Below are positions 13,941 through 29,399 of a DNA stretch of 64,000 nucleotides, one piece after another. How positions within the stretch are numbered: position 1 is the first letter of the stretch; the number at the start of each line of letters is the position of its first letter. The translations under genes were made by a program, and so were the position numbers. The notes under the pieces were generated by a model. That model was not told the origin of the DNA, ran no database searches, and worked only from the letters and a program-made list of their open reading frames with translations. Origin of the DNA: Octopus vulgaris (lineage: Eukaryota); NCBI GenBank assembly GCA_951406725.2, contig OX597838.1, forward strand, positions 40,734,001-40,798,000, written 5' to 3'.

Positions 13941-14338
13941 TTTTGTATAAACATATCTGTATATAAATATGTCTATATGTATTATATATGATACATATAC
14001 AACCATATAGGTGCATGTACACACACACACGCACACCTATATATACACAAACACATACATATATGTGTATGTGTGCTCGCGTGCGAATGTGTATAATATT
14101 AATAATAAATACAAAAACCATCGAGACAAGCTGATGCATGCCACCGTGTAAAGACACAATCAACTTCGAAGTCACAGTAAATTAACTCCATTGTCGTCAA
14201 AATCACGACAGAATCACTTTCCTCGCAAATGTTTCCTTGTTATTCTTGAACTTGCTCTAAAATAATATTCTTAAAAGTATAACCTAGTTTCACTTTCCAT
14301 ATATACGTATATATATATATATATTTATGTATGTATAT

Positions 14339-14745
14339 AGGTGCAGGAGTGGCTGTGTGGTAAGTAGCTTGCTTACCAACCACATGGTTCCTGGTTCATT
14401 CCCACTACGTGGCACCTTGGGCAAGTGTCTTCTACTCTAGCCTCGGGCCGACCAAAGCCTTGTGAGTGGATTTGGTAGACGGAAACTGAAAGAAGCCCGT
14501 CGTATATATGTATATATATGTATGTGCGTGTATGTTTGTGCGTCTGTGTTTGTCCCCTTAGCATTGCGTGACAACCGATGCTGGTGTGTGTATGTCCCCG
14601 TCACTTAGCGGTTCGGAAAAAGAGACCGATAGAATAAGTACTGGGATTACAAAGAATAAGTCTCGGGGTCGAGTTGCTCGATTAAAGGTGGTGCTCCAGC
14701 ATGGCCGCAGTCATGAGTAAAAGAGTAAAAGCGAGAGCAAAAGAG
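14339..14745 (+). mobile_element. Major SINE copy
   Basis: Full-length match to 13429-13825. Confidence 0.85.
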
Positions 14746-15227
14746 TATATATACGTGTGTGTGTGCGTGCGTGTGTGTGTGTGTGTGTGTGTGTGTACAT
14801 AGTTATTTACACATATATATGTCATAAACAAACACAAACATTTCTAAACATCGCGACACACGTTTCGGCAGAGTGGTTTATTTGCAAGTACGAAGTCCAT
14901 TACATATCAGATAACATTTACGTTAATTGGCAGTAATCAAGTGGTCGTATTCGATTCATATTTGGGAATTTACAGCTAAGTGTTATTTTGATCGGCAGTT
15001 AATGGCTCGTAATGAACAGTACAGTGACTATGAAAGCACGACTGCCGACATTGGCTGAGATTACGATTTAGACTCAGGGACAAACCAGAACACGTCTATC
15101 CTGATAGGATTATTGAGAAATATGACTGACATCTTTAAACGTTATATGCGAGAAACACTGCATGCGTGCTGAAACACATGTACACACATATGCGAAAAGG
15201 TATATGTATGAGTGTGTGTGAGTGTGT

Positions 15228-15299
<72 letters not shown>

Positions 15300-15482
15300 A
15301 GCCGCAGGCGTGATTTCGTGGTAAGAAGCTTGCTTCGCAACCACATGGTTCCGTGTTCTGTCCCACTGCGTGGCACCTTGGACAGGTGCTTACTACAGTC
15401 TCGGGCCGACCAAGGCCTTGTGGGTGAATTTGGTAGACAGAAACTGAAAGAGGCCCGTCATGTATATATATATATATATATA

Positions 15483-15629
15483 TACAAAATTTAGAGGACT
15501 GACCACTAAAAGTGGACAGCCAATATGCTAGATATAGACGTCAAAATCGCCATTTTCCACGAAGAATGTGTTCTCAAGAAAAAACTCAGCAAAAAACCAC
15601 TTTTAGTGGTCAGTCCTCTAAATTTTGTA
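15483..15629. repeat. Perfect 33-bp inverted repeat at a PLE-like terminus
   Basis: 15483-15515 / 15597-15629, adjacent to (TA)n; an HHR-like half (ccgaaacagctgtaag) lies near 15781. Confidence 0.7.
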
Positions 15630-16333
15630 TGTAAAAAAATGTTTAATCTTCGGATTTTTTTAAAATATGCTAGGTCACTGGTTTTAATTGATTAATATCA
15701 ATTTCTACCCTTATTTAATATATATATTACCTACTATAAATGGCTAATATAAGTAAAATGAGACATACTTATCTGCATGGCCGAAACAGCTGTAAGATGT
15801 AGTCTATATTTATATTTATGTGTACTTATATTTACGTTCTCTTATACATATTCTACTTATCGTGTAACATTACTCTTTTATGTACACTCCTTTATGTACA
15901 CTGTTTTGTTCTACATCATTTTGTTTAACCTTATAGTTTCTTATGTGGTGGTTTAATAATGTATGTGATTGAGTATTATCTGGTAATTGATATTTGATTT
16001 CGATGTATTTCTCCATTTTCTTATTTTGTATATATATACCTACATATCTCCATTTTCCGGAAACCTCAACCCAAAAAACAAAAGCAATGTTCTCCTCTTC
16101 TAAACAAAACAAAAAAAAACATCTGTTTTATATAAATAATCAACCTGTTTGTACATTCACAAAAAGAAATTTTATTTGACAAGTTAGAAAAACGAACGAA
16201 AGCGCTAATAGTAATGACTAAATAAGAAAAGTCTTTTTCCAAAATACTAGCGACTTCCTCTATTTTCAATATTCAATATCAGGACACCACTATTAACACT
16301 TTATACATGTATGTGTGTTTATATATATATATA

Positions 16334-16518
16334 GGGAGAGTTTACGAAAAAAACAAAAGACGAAGACAGGTGGTGTACAAAACAAACAGATGTATTAGTA
16401 TAACGCTCAGGAATAGAAAAAGTCTTTTACGTTTCGAGCCTACGCTCTTCTACAGACAGGGACAGAAAAAACAAGGAGAGAAAAAAGTGTGTGTAGTGGC
16501 TAACGATCTATCATGGCG
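16334..16518 (-). mobile_element. ~190-bp HHR-like short element, copy 2
   Basis: Same ends and CTGTAGA core as copy 1; (TA)n flanks. Confidence 0.8.
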
Positions 16519-16522
16519 TTTG

Positions 16523-16566
<44 letters not shown>

Positions 16567-17070
16567 CGCGCGCGCGTGTATGTGTGTGTGTCTATGTGTG
16601 CGTGTCTTTGTGTCTGTATTTGACCCCCATCACTACTTGAGAACCGGTGTTGGGTGTTTACGTCCCCAAAATCTGGCGGTTTGGCAAAAGTACGAGGCTT
16701 TAAAAAAAGGTCCTAAAACCCTTCAAGGTGGTGCTCCAGCATTGCTGCAATGAAATGACTGAAATAAGAGTAACTGAATAAAGGAATGTTAGGGGGGTAC
16801 GGGTTTAAATTATATAAAAAAAAGTGGGGAATTGCGACATACTAGATACAATGGAAGGGTTTGGTTAATGATGGGGTATATTTGAGGAATATCTTTAAAA
16901 TGCAAATCAATGCAAATAAAGCTAACTCACCATGTCATCAGGGCATCGTTATACCAACGATTCTATATACAGGCCCATTTATATACACATAGGGATACAC
17001 ATACACACAATACATGCGCATTTATATACACATTTTTGTATCTATATTTATATAGCCGCCATCAGGCTGC

Positions 17071-17104
17071 CTGAAGAGGGTTTAGTAAACCGAAAATTCG
17101 AAGT
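17071..17104 (+). ncRNA. HHR core truncated by a SINE
   Basis: CTGAAGA-G-GGTTT-AGT-AAACC-GAAAATTCGAAGTC; the 3' strand of stem I is replaced by a SINE tail. Confidence 0.55.
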
Positions 17105-17113
17105 CTCTCTTTA

Positions 17114-17960
17114 CTCTTTTACTTGTTTCAGTCATTTGACTGCGGCCATGCTGGAGCACTGCCTTTCGTCGAGTAAGCCTAGTACTTATTCTATCGGTCT
17201 CTTTTGCCGAACCGCTAAGTTACGGGGACGTAAGCATACAAACATATACACACACATACATATATACGACGGGCTTCTTGATGAATACAATTTATTGATC
17301 AGTTATCGAATCATCTGCATTTTCTATGCAAACCTGCGTTTTACCACGATCCTATGAATGGTCCCACTACCCGAGATATATGTGTGTGTGTGTGCGTGGG
17401 TTTGTACAGTATATTCTCATTTTCTCTTTTACTTGTTTCAGTCATTTGACTGAGGCCATGCTGGAGCACCGCCTTTAGTCGAGTAAATCGACCCCGGGAC
17501 TTATTCTTTGTAAGCCTAGTACTTATTCTATCGGTCTCTTTTGCCGAACCGCTAAGTTACGGGGACGTAAGCATACAAACATATGCACACACATACATAT
17601 ATACGACGGGCTTCTTGATGAATACAATTTATTGATCAGTTATCGAATCATCTGCATTTTCTATGCAAACCTGCGTTTTACCACGATCCTATGAATGGTC
17701 CCACTACCCGAGATATATGTGTGTGTGTGTGCGTGGGTTTGTACAGTATATTCTCATTTTCTCTTTTACTTGTCTCAGTCATTTGACTGAGGCCATGCTG
17801 GAGCACCGCCTTTAGTCGAGCAAATCGACCCCAGGACTTATTCTTTGTAAGCCTAGTACTTATTCTATCGGTCTCTTTTGCCGAACCGCTAAGTTACGGG
17901 GATATAAACACACCAGCATCGGTTATCAAGCGATGTTGAGGGGGGGGACAAACACAATAC
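17114..17960. repeat. Local tandem duplication (~2.5 units of 310-337 bp)
   Basis: Units start at 17114, 17424 and 17761; each is a SINE tail plus a near-identical unique segment. Confidence 0.85.
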
Positions 17961-17974
17961 ACACACGTACATAT

Positions 17975-19045
17975 GATTTTGATTTTGATTTGATTTTGAT
18001 TTTTCCAGTTTCAGCTAATGAGCTGTGGCCATGCTGGGGCACCGCCATTTGGTTTGCTACACGATTTTACCTCACGGATGCTTTTTAGCAAACGCCATCT
18101 GATGCATGAGAGAGTTCGATGCAGCTGCCCTCATCTGCACCTCCTGTCGTGAAGTTGGTTCATCCGGGACACCTGAAGGAAGAGATCCAGTCCTACTTTA
18201 AAGACATCCGCATCCACACAATGCAGGTCCCTCAGGTTCTTCGGGAGGATATTGAAGAGCTGTGGGCCTCTGAAGCCCAGGCTATCACAATATCTTGTCC
18301 TACATCTTGATGGCAAATTTGGAGTCCTTGGTACTACGCAGTGGCGTCCGGTTCTGGCATTTGTGTGACTCTCGATGCCAAAGTCTGGGACAAGTCCTTC
18401 CAGGATCTTCCAGATATATATTATGGCATATCTTTCTCGCCTACGCTCCAGGGAATAGAGCTTTAATCTCTTGAGTCTTTCCCAGTAGCTCATATGTTGC
18501 ACAGAGGCTATCTTCTTCGTGTAGCTTCGTTGGATCGCCTCAAGTTCTGTGATCGACTTGACACTGGATGGTGACCATAGCTGAGAGCAATAGTCAAAGT
18601 GGCTTAGGACAAGTGTCTTCCAGAGGACCATCATGGTTTCTTGTTCTCTTGTTCTAAAGGTTCTAAGAATCCATCCAGCCAGCCGTCTACATTTCATTGC
18701 CAGTTTAGCAACATGTACATGAAAGGTCGCGTCATCACTCATGTGAATACCAAGGTCACGCACTGATTGTGCCTCTGGGATTGCAATCCCTCCGGGTCCA
18801 GTGTATTCATTGGGTATTGCATTCAGTTTTGCATGCTGATAGTATAAAGCTTGAAACTTTTCAGCATTGGACTGCATGCTATTCTTTTCAGCCCACTTGT
18901 ATATTTTGTCCAGCTCACATTGCAGGTGCTTAGTGTCTTCAGGGTTCTATATTGCCTGTGAAACTTTTGTATCATCTGCATAACTTGTGATCGTGGCTCT
19001 CTGCGTGGCTGAGGGCATGTCTGAGAGGGCCATTATGAACAGTAG
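17975..19045 (-). mobile_element. 5'-truncated CR1/L2-group LINE (RT C-terminus and 3' tail)
   Basis: YADDTK near 18970-18990; 248-aa ORF 18131-18877 with RDLG, DYCSQLWSP, LEAIQR, LYSLERRRER; (AAAATC)n tail. It splits a minus-strand SINE (tail 17761-17970, head 19045-19228). Confidence 0.9.
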
Positions 19046-19787
19046 TGTATATATACATATATACGACGGGCTTCTTTCAGTTTCCGTCTACCAAATCCAC
19101 TCACAAGGTTTTGGTTGGGCCGAGGCTATCGTAGAAGACACTTGCCCAAGGTGTCACGCAGTGGGATTGAACCCGGAACCATGTGGTTGGTAAGCAAGCT
19201 ACTTACCACACAGCCACTCCTACGCCTGTTTACATTTTCCTTAACAATTTATAGATATGGCACTTTACTAAAAAGTATTGAGTGGTCAATGTAATTTTCA
19301 ACGGCCTTTGATATATTATGCCACTGAGCGATTTTATATATGGTTCATGCGGGATTATTTGAGAGTCGATCATTGGGAAACGCATTGGATAATTTTCCCT
19401 TCCTTTGAAATCAGGTATTATTTCTCGTTATCATAAGTGACCAATCCGATTCGATCCTTTGCCGACTTTAACGCCACCCGCTTGTGACAACAACTGTATA
19501 GTTCTTGCAGCCCAATCAGCAGCTGACTTCATGTCATCACCAACCGATGGAGCTAATATCAACCAAAATGTTCCTATCATCCGCAGAGAAGCTTCTGGTA
19601 AATATTGCATATTTACTTTGAATGGAAAATTCCAGGTACATTCTTTCTGGTTATTCAATTTATATAGATAAAGAAAATCATAGCACCTACAACCTGTTAA
19701 GTCGTTATGGACTCTCAGTAAGATATCTCGCTTACGCGGATAAAGATTTTATTCCCTACATTTGCGCGTCTCTAAGATGTGCTTATA

Positions 19788-19839
<52 letters not shown>

Positions 19840-19841
<2 letters not shown>

Positions 19842-19999
19842 CGCAGAAGTGGCTGTAAGGTAAGAACCTTGCTTACCAACCACATGGTTCCGGGTTCAGT
19901 CCCACTGCGTGGCACCTTGGGCAAATGTCTTCTGCTATAGCTTCGGGCCAACCAAAGCCTTGTGAGTGGATTTGGTAGTTGGAAACTGAGAGAAGCCCG

Positions 20000-20051
<52 letters not shown>

Positions 20052-20467
20052 AGAGTTCACGAAAAAAAGCAAAAAACGAAGACAGGTGGTGTACAAAACA
20101 AACAGATGTATTAGTATAACGCTCAGGAATAGAAAAAGTCTTTTACGTTTCGAGCCTATGCTCTTCTACAGAAAGCGACATAGAATAAAAACAAGGAGAG
20201 AAAAAATGTGTGTAGTGACTACCGATCTATCATGACATATGTATATGTTTTTGCGTCAGTGTTTGTACGCCACCTACATCAGCGCTTGACAACTGAAGTT
20301 GGTGTGCTTACGTCCCATATCTTAGCGTTTCGGCAAAAGATATCGATAGAATATGTCTAGGCTTACAAACAATAAGTCCTAGAGTTGATTCGTTCGTCTA
20401 AAGGCAGTGCTCCAGCATGGCCGTAGCGATATGACTGAAACCAGTAAAAGAATAAAAGAATAAAGAA
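19840..20467 (+). mobile_element. Major SINE with ~190-bp element copy 3 (20049-20236, minus) nested in its internal (TA)n
   Basis: SINE head 19840-20003, nested element, SINE tail 20250-20467. Confidence 0.8.
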
Positions 20468-20489
20468 TTATATACGAATATATATATAA

Positions 20490-23160
20490 CTTAACTTTGA
20501 TAACTTCGATAGGTTTCGGCCAGTAGAGGGCCAGGCCATGTCTAACTTAATAGCACCACCTGGTGAAGTCTTTTAGTCATGTGTGGTGCACCATGGCCCA
20601 CTCTAGTAAAGAGTTATTATTGTTGGAGACATATCCGGGTGTAGGAGGTTGGTCTGGGATTTTCTGATGAAATTTGCCCAATGAACATTTAAATTTTATG
20701 GGATCCGTTTCCGTTTTGACGTATTTTGGTATTAAAGAGAGCTGGACCGGTTGAAGTAAAGTAATTGTGACGTAATGTTGCTATGTGTACAGAGTTCGAT
20801 TTTTGTGCTGAGCGGATAGCACGGGGGCCAAGTCTTGGATGGATTTTAAAATTGATGCCAACATCATTTGTGCAATATTGATGGAATATTTTCCACGTCC
20901 CACAAATGATGTCACGCTCCAGGCGGCATTGGAGTGAGTAGAGATTGAGTATTTTTAGCCGACCCCCAATAGCCAATGCCTCTCATGCCACCTGTCTTTC
21001 TTGTCATTGACTTCTGGAGTGCCTCCACTTTCATAATGGGTTGCTTCGCATGGGGGGACCACAGTGGGCAATAGTACTCAAGGTGGGGTCCGGCAAAAGT
21101 AGAGGAGGGAATGATGATGGTGTAGGCATCTCTAGACCGGAAAGTTCTCAGAATCCAGGAGCACATATTAGGGGCCAAGTCAAACTTGCTGTTTACGTGG
21201 GAACTCCAGCTTAGACTGTTATCAACAATTACTCCAAAGTCTCTGGTGTTGTTGGATGACATTAGGGAGTTGCCCGACGGAAGAGCATATGGTAATTTCA
21301 GAGTATCCTCTTTTCCGAAGTGGATCAAATCAAACTTATCTTCATTTAGAAGCATATTGTTTTTTTCCCGCCCATTGGACAATAGCAAACAGATCTGACT
21401 GAAGGCATATTCGGTCTCCCATACCATTTATGGCTTTCTGGAGTTTGGAATCATCTGCAAAGATTTTCAATGTAGAATATTTGATGACATCTACAATGTC
21501 GTTGAAGAGGAGTGGGCCCAACACCGTACCTTGTGGGACACCACTACTGACTTTGGCTGAGCTGGATCGTATTCCCTCAAACACAACATGTTGGGTTCTG
21601 TTCAAGAAATACTTTATCCACTATAGCAGCTTTCCACGGACTCCAGTGTTGGATAGTTTCTTCAGCAGGATTTTGTGGTCCACTCTGTCAAATGCCTTGC
21701 TGAAATCAAGATATATGACGTCAGTGTTTGGAGCCCTGTCCCAACGCTTTTAAGATGTCATCAAAATGGAGCAGAAGCTGCGACAGGCAATCCTTGCCAT
21801 CACGGAAACCATGCTGCTTGGGGTTCAGCAGATTGTTGTCTTCGAGGAAGTGAGTTATTTGCGATCTCACCACACTCTCAAATACTTTAATGATATGAGA
21901 GGTGAGTGAAATCGGACGGTAGTTCACTGGAAGAAATCCGTTTCCCTTTTTGAAGACTGGAATGACAGATTAGGAAAGAAAATTATCAGGAATGTAGCCT
22001 GCATCAAGTGAGTTTCTCCAGAGCTCTGCAAGAGGGGGTGCAATTTGATGTCGACACATCTTCAGGACAGTGGCCGGGAACTTATCGGGACCTATTGCCG
22101 AGTTTTGCTTGATCTTATCTATTTCTCTTAGGATATCAGGAGCACCAAAAGTTATGTCAGATATGGTTAGTTGAGGGTTTACATCACTGACACTAGCCAG
22201 ATCAATCGCATTAGCGTTATTGAAGACAGAGCAGTAATGTCTCTGCAGTATCCTCGCACAAGGATTTTGCACCATCATGTAGAGTGTTGTTCTCATCAAG
22301 CAGAGGACGAACAGTGGAAACAGCATCTTTATGTTTTTGGGGTTTTTTTTGCAAATGAAAAGAACATTTTGCGATTGGCTTATACTTGGCCCAACTCTCC
22401 TCAGCTGCTCTTTATCAGTTATTGAAGGTCATCATGCTTTTTTGGAGGTTGTGTTTTTTCGATTCGACTGATGCAATGGTAGTCGAATAGGTGCGTTGCT
22501 GCTGGCAGAATTTAAGTTGGTTGATTTTCTAGTTAAGTCTTTTTATTTCTCTGATAATTGCTCCTCTATTTCTAGGGATTCTGCATTTAGATTTGTACAC
22601 TGATTTTAATGGAGTATGTTTTGCGCATATATTTGTTACAGTATCTGCAAATGTCTGCCATGGTGTGTTACTGTTGGAGGGTGTATGTGCGTGTGTGAAA
22701 GCCCAATCAACTTGTGAAAGATCATGGTTGATCGCATCCCAGTCTGCGTTATGAAGATCCATAGTGTCAAAAGGATGAGCTGGAGAGATGTCAGTGGATT
22801 TGATCTTTGGTGGTAGAATCTCAGATCGCAAAGAACTGTGTCATGGTCTGAGAATAGTGGTGTTTTTTCCACTGCAATATTGAGATAGTGTCAGTGTGGT
22901 TATTAAACACTAGGTCCAAGGTGTTTTTGTGACACCTTGTTGGTTTGTGAACAAGTTGGGTCAGGAAAAACACATCCATGAAATCAAAAAGCAATTCGAT
23001 TGCTTCCTTATCGGGGGCTGTGGTGGAAAAACCTTCTTTCAAGCTGTTTGTGGACCAATCAACACTGGGAATGCTAAAGTCGCCCATCATTAATATGTTG
23101 TCAGCTTGACACTGATAGATGAAACATTTAATACTGTTGAGGCATTCCTTGAAGCGTAGA
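20490..23160 (-). mobile_element. Decayed CR1/L2-group LINE ORF2 (APE endonuclease end + RT)
   Basis: GDFS, PTRCHKNTLDLVF, SDH, GPD, NYRPISLTSHIIKVFE, QHGFR, SGVPQGTVLGPLLF, FADDSK, LEYYCPLWSP over several frames. Confidence 0.9.
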
Positions 23161-23226
23161 AAAGGAGTTATATGCATATGTGTATATAAACATATATATA
23201 TATGTGTGTGTGTGTGTGTGTATAAG

Positions 23227-23307
<81 letters not shown>

Positions 23308-23316
23308 GTAAATATA

Positions 23317-23780
<464 letters not shown>

Positions 23781-24381
23781 ATATATATAAGGTATGTATG
23801 TATGTATGTATGTATGTATGTATGTATGTATGTATGTATGTATGTATGTATGTATGTATGTATCCCACAATAATCAGCTGTGTCTGGACTCAGGTAAAAA
23901 AAGCTGTATGATAACTCTGAGACTGACCAAACATTTAACTACTAGTTCGACAAATAACATTTTGGTTTGTGTGTAGGGGGAGCGTCTTTGAATGAGTGTC
24001 TTTATATATTTGTCTGTAGGTATATATGCATATTATATATATATATACATACATACATAGAGATAGAGGGGGAGAGTGAGAGAGAGTGATTTATATATTG
24101 AGAGGGAGAGAGCAAGTGATTTATATATATTTATGTACGTGTGTGTGTGTGTTTTTATGTATGTATCTATCTACAACTACGTACATATAAATCTACAGTG
24201 TGTATGTATGTATATTTCTGTGTGTGTGCTCGCGCGTGTGAATTTCTGGGTCAAAAATAAATTTTAAATGTATAGATATATACTTGTAAGTAGTATTCTT
24301 TGTTCACGTATGTATGTGTATGTGTGCGTGTGTGTATGTGTTTGAGTGTGTGTGTGTGTGTACGTATGTGGGTGTGAGCAT

Positions 24382-24461
<80 letters not shown>

Positions 24462-25599
24462 ATGTGTGTGCCATCCCGCAGAAGCCCCAGAAGTAATTTA
24501 TAAATTATTGCTTTAGCGCTGTTGCACTTTTAAGACATCTACTGGATAATTGTAGGAGAGAAAATTAGTTTACCGTAGTTCCGAAAAGTATGCTATCAAT
24601 CGTAGGTGTCGCTTGCGCTCCTCTATCAGCTGCAATGAAACACATGCAGTGATATATGCAAATGTGTGTATGTGTGTGTGTCTTGTGTGTGCAGGTGTCG
24701 GTCCATACGCACAGACAGACACACAAATGCATATATTTACTTGCCAAATTGAACCATACATACATATGGATATATATTATTTAATTGAACGCGACGCATC
24801 AATTTCCAAGTAAATTTTTCTTCACCCTTTTGATGCGACTCTACTCTATATGTTTTACTCCTCCAATCTTCTCTAATTCTCTTTTCTCCCTCCCCCCTTT
24901 TCACCGTCCTCTGTCTGTCTCTCTCTCTCCCTCTTTCTCTTTTTCTCTCTCTCGTTGCTCACACGTGACCATCCTCCATCTTTCTTTTCCTGCACAGACA
25001 TTCGAAAGGCTGGACGCTTTTTCTCTGTCTTCTATCTTTTCTCTTTCCAACGAAAATATTTCTCCCAGCGTTCAATATTTTCCTCTCGTTCTGGTCTAAC
25101 AACCCTCCATGTTTGTTTCCGTTCGGTTTCTTTGTATGTCACCAATCTCCTGTTTTTGTTCCCAACTTTCACCCTCCATACATCCTAGTTTTCATCTTAG
25201 AATTTATGGGAGCACCTGTCTTTGAAGATTCCACGAAATGAGGAGTAGATCCACATGCGACAACTGATGAAGGGTTCTTTCTCTGTGCTTACATGTCCTG
25301 TTTTCCATTTTTTCTCGTTTGCACAGTTGGTGACGCCCTGTACCTATGTATGTATCTATGTATGTACCTATGTATGTATGTATGTATGTATGTATGTATG
25401 TATGTATGTATGTATGTATGTATATATATATATGGATGAAAACAGTTTGATTCAAATTCGAGGGTACTCATGAGTTTCAAGCCTGCTGCTAGCCGTCACC
25501 CATTTTGATTTTGAATGACAGAAGTACATTGTTATTACCGTTGGGTGGGCTGCGATTAGTCGAGGAAGGTCAGGCGGTGCAGTGGTTTGATGTTAGTAA

Positions 25600-26360
25600 A
25601 CGGTAAAAGTTGGAAAATACTGCTAACCACCCTACTTCAGCCTGCGACTTCCGAAACCTTACCACGTGCCATATAGAAGCATCTTGTCTCTCACGGGCTG
25701 TAAAATACTGCGCACGCTTACACCATCCGATGGTATTACCCGGCACTATACGGATACTCCCAGCATATGCGCTCCTTCAGATCCAGGGACAGAGAAAACT
25801 TTATTTCCCAGTCTCATTTTCTCTGGAGACTCCGCGATCTCCGAGGTGAAATAAGTGGACCATTGTCGGCAGGGCGCCATCATATTAACCCGGCGCACAC
25901 AACTGCCAGCTCTGCCTCCGTGTAATAACTGCATATCCTCCAACAACCCGCTGCATCCATCAACAAGAATACGATTTATCGTATTGCTGTCACTAGAGAT
26001 ATGCCTTACTGGCAAATTTCAGGCCTCTACTTCAGCATAGAAGTGGAGACAACATGTTCTTTGTCTATCTCCTTAACTTCTTGTAGATTTTAGGTATAGT
26101 TATACTAATGTGTCCATCTGTTCTAATTTAATTAAATTCTATGTCTTTGTGCAGCTGAGGATGGCTCTGAATTTTTAAATTGATGTAATGATTGCATTAT
26201 TCAGTTAAATGGAATTGCATGAAACGATCGTATTGCATTACTTCTGGATATCCTTGTGTCTGTGGTTGTCTGACTGTAGGACTGAAGCAGCTGACCTCCC
26301 TTGTTCGGAGGTTTGTAATGAGACGCAGATTTCGTGTGTCAAATAGCTAGCTCCGGCGGG
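25600..26360 (+). pseudogene. Decayed Hydra-clade PLE endonuclease C-terminus plus 3' pLTR
   Basis: Across frames: CDFRNLTTCHIEASCLSRAVKY (CxCx5C-like linker) and KWTIVGRAPSY*PGAHNCQLCL...CCH*RYALLANF. Followed by a degenerate HHR (gaaacgatcgta, 26221) and a match to the 44.9-kb unit. Confidence 0.55.
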
Positions 26361-26440
26361 GGTGGTGATCCCTGCTGTACTCTTTACCACTCTAAAGGCG
26401 GTGCTCCAGCATGGCGCAGTCAAATGACTGAAACAAGTAC

Positions 26441-26559
<119 letters not shown>

Positions 26560-26617
26560 TGTGTATATATATATTTATATATATCTGTATATGTATATAT
26601 ATTATATATTATATATA

Positions 26618-26745
<128 letters not shown>

Positions 26746-26761
26746 TACACACACACATACA

Positions 26762-26896
26762 TAGGAGAGTATTGTAGTTGGCTTGAAGCATTGTGTGTTG
26801 TTTGTAAAATATAATGTATCTTGAATGGCACAATAATATATTATAATAACAACAATGGACTATGGTAACTGTTATAATTTAATCAACCATTGTCTG

Positions 26897-26968
<72 letters not shown>

Positions 26969-26978
26969 CAACAACAAC

Positions 26979-27015
<37 letters not shown>

Positions 27016-27541
27016 TTTCGGAATATAAGAATTCCTTCTTCAGATATTGCTGGGAATTGTAGTTCGAGTCACTGCTACAGAGTAGGGCCCCAAATTAACA
27101 AGAGGCTGGAGGTTGGTAATCAATATATTATTTAGCCACATCTGGATGCGTGTAGGTTCATTATTGATAACATGCTCATGTATTATTTAAAAAAAGAAAG
27201 AGGGGAGAAAAGAAACTGCGCGTATAATACACAACTTCGAAGCAGCGCTGCGGATGTGCCAACACATATACGAGTTTGAGACATGGCCACTCACGCACTT
27301 CCCCTGAGGAATTCCGAAAGGAGCTTCGTGAAACTACTGTAGAGACACTTCCGAAAAAAGAATTGTCAGTAACCGTAGGAAAACCGGTTGTAGCAGGGAC
27401 TCGAAAAATTCCTAGCGATATCTGAAGAAGGAATTCTTGTATTCCGAAATATCATTATTATATCAGATTGTGGATACTTAAATTATAACAGTTATTACAG
27501 TCCATTGTTGTTATGATAATGTATTGTTGTGCCATTCAAGA
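26762..27541. mobile_element. Fold-back element with HHR in both arms
   Basis: Diverged arms ~26819-27079 / ~27389-27541; plus-strand GATAT-CTGAAGA-A-GGAAT-TCTTGT-ATTCC-GAAATAT at 27417-27452; same family as 49563-49950. Confidence 0.7.
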
Positions 27542-27605
27542 CACACACACAGACATATATATATATATCATCGCTTTTAAAAATCCTGTGGATGGAAACA
27601 GTTTC

Positions 27606-27687
<82 letters not shown>

Positions 27688-27689
27688 TA

Positions 27690-28466
<777 letters not shown>

Positions 28467-28669
28467 CATATCCGTATGGAGGCGCAATGGCCCAGTGGTT
28501 AGGCAAGCGGACTCGCGGTCGAAGGATCGTGGTTTCGCTTCCTAGATTGGGCGGACATTTGAAGGCTAAAACAATGCGAAGCGCATTGTGACCAACGATG
28601 TGTAGCAACATTTGATAGCCTGGTCGGTCACGGTGATATATATATATATATATTCGTTACCATACTTTA

Positions 28670-28706
<37 letters not shown>

Positions 28707-29399
28707 TACTCCTGTGAAAATAACTTGTAACACCAACAATTTTTTGTGATTTCAGAAGCAATTTTCATTTGTATTTGAATATGATTTATGTTAATTTATG
28801 AAACACCAATTTATTAATCAATTATTCTGGCAGCTATTATTATATTGTTTCTTTTATTATATTCCCATGATGCATTTCACAATAATGTCTACACTAATTT
28901 CGGCTGACACAAATAAAGATTACTTGCTTGTAGATTTCATTAATTCCGCATTCACTTTAATGATTTGCCATAAATTTTCAGTGGAGGTCACAACTGGAAA
29001 CTGACCTGACAAAGATAAAGTTTCAAACTTGTGAACCCCGAAAAACCTATTGATTAATTTGGTTGCATGATCAAGAACATCTTCCTATAAGTGAGTTTGG
29101 GCAGAGTTAGCTGAAGTATCGAGGGAAAAGACTTGTGAACTGCTTTTTGTTACATTCGCAGTGAAAGACTTTGCTGAAATGAGCGACTGGTGCAATACCT
29201 ACGTATTCGTACCAACATTTTCAAAATAATTAATCACAAGATATTTAGCCACAAATAAACATCAGCATTTTCATTTCCTTTATCCAAGCATCTATTACAG
29301 TATTCTGAAAAAAGATGAGTGAATCACAGAGACTCATGATTTGTGATTGAGGATCAGAAATATTTCTCAACACTGAAATTATAAACCATTTTTGTTTGG

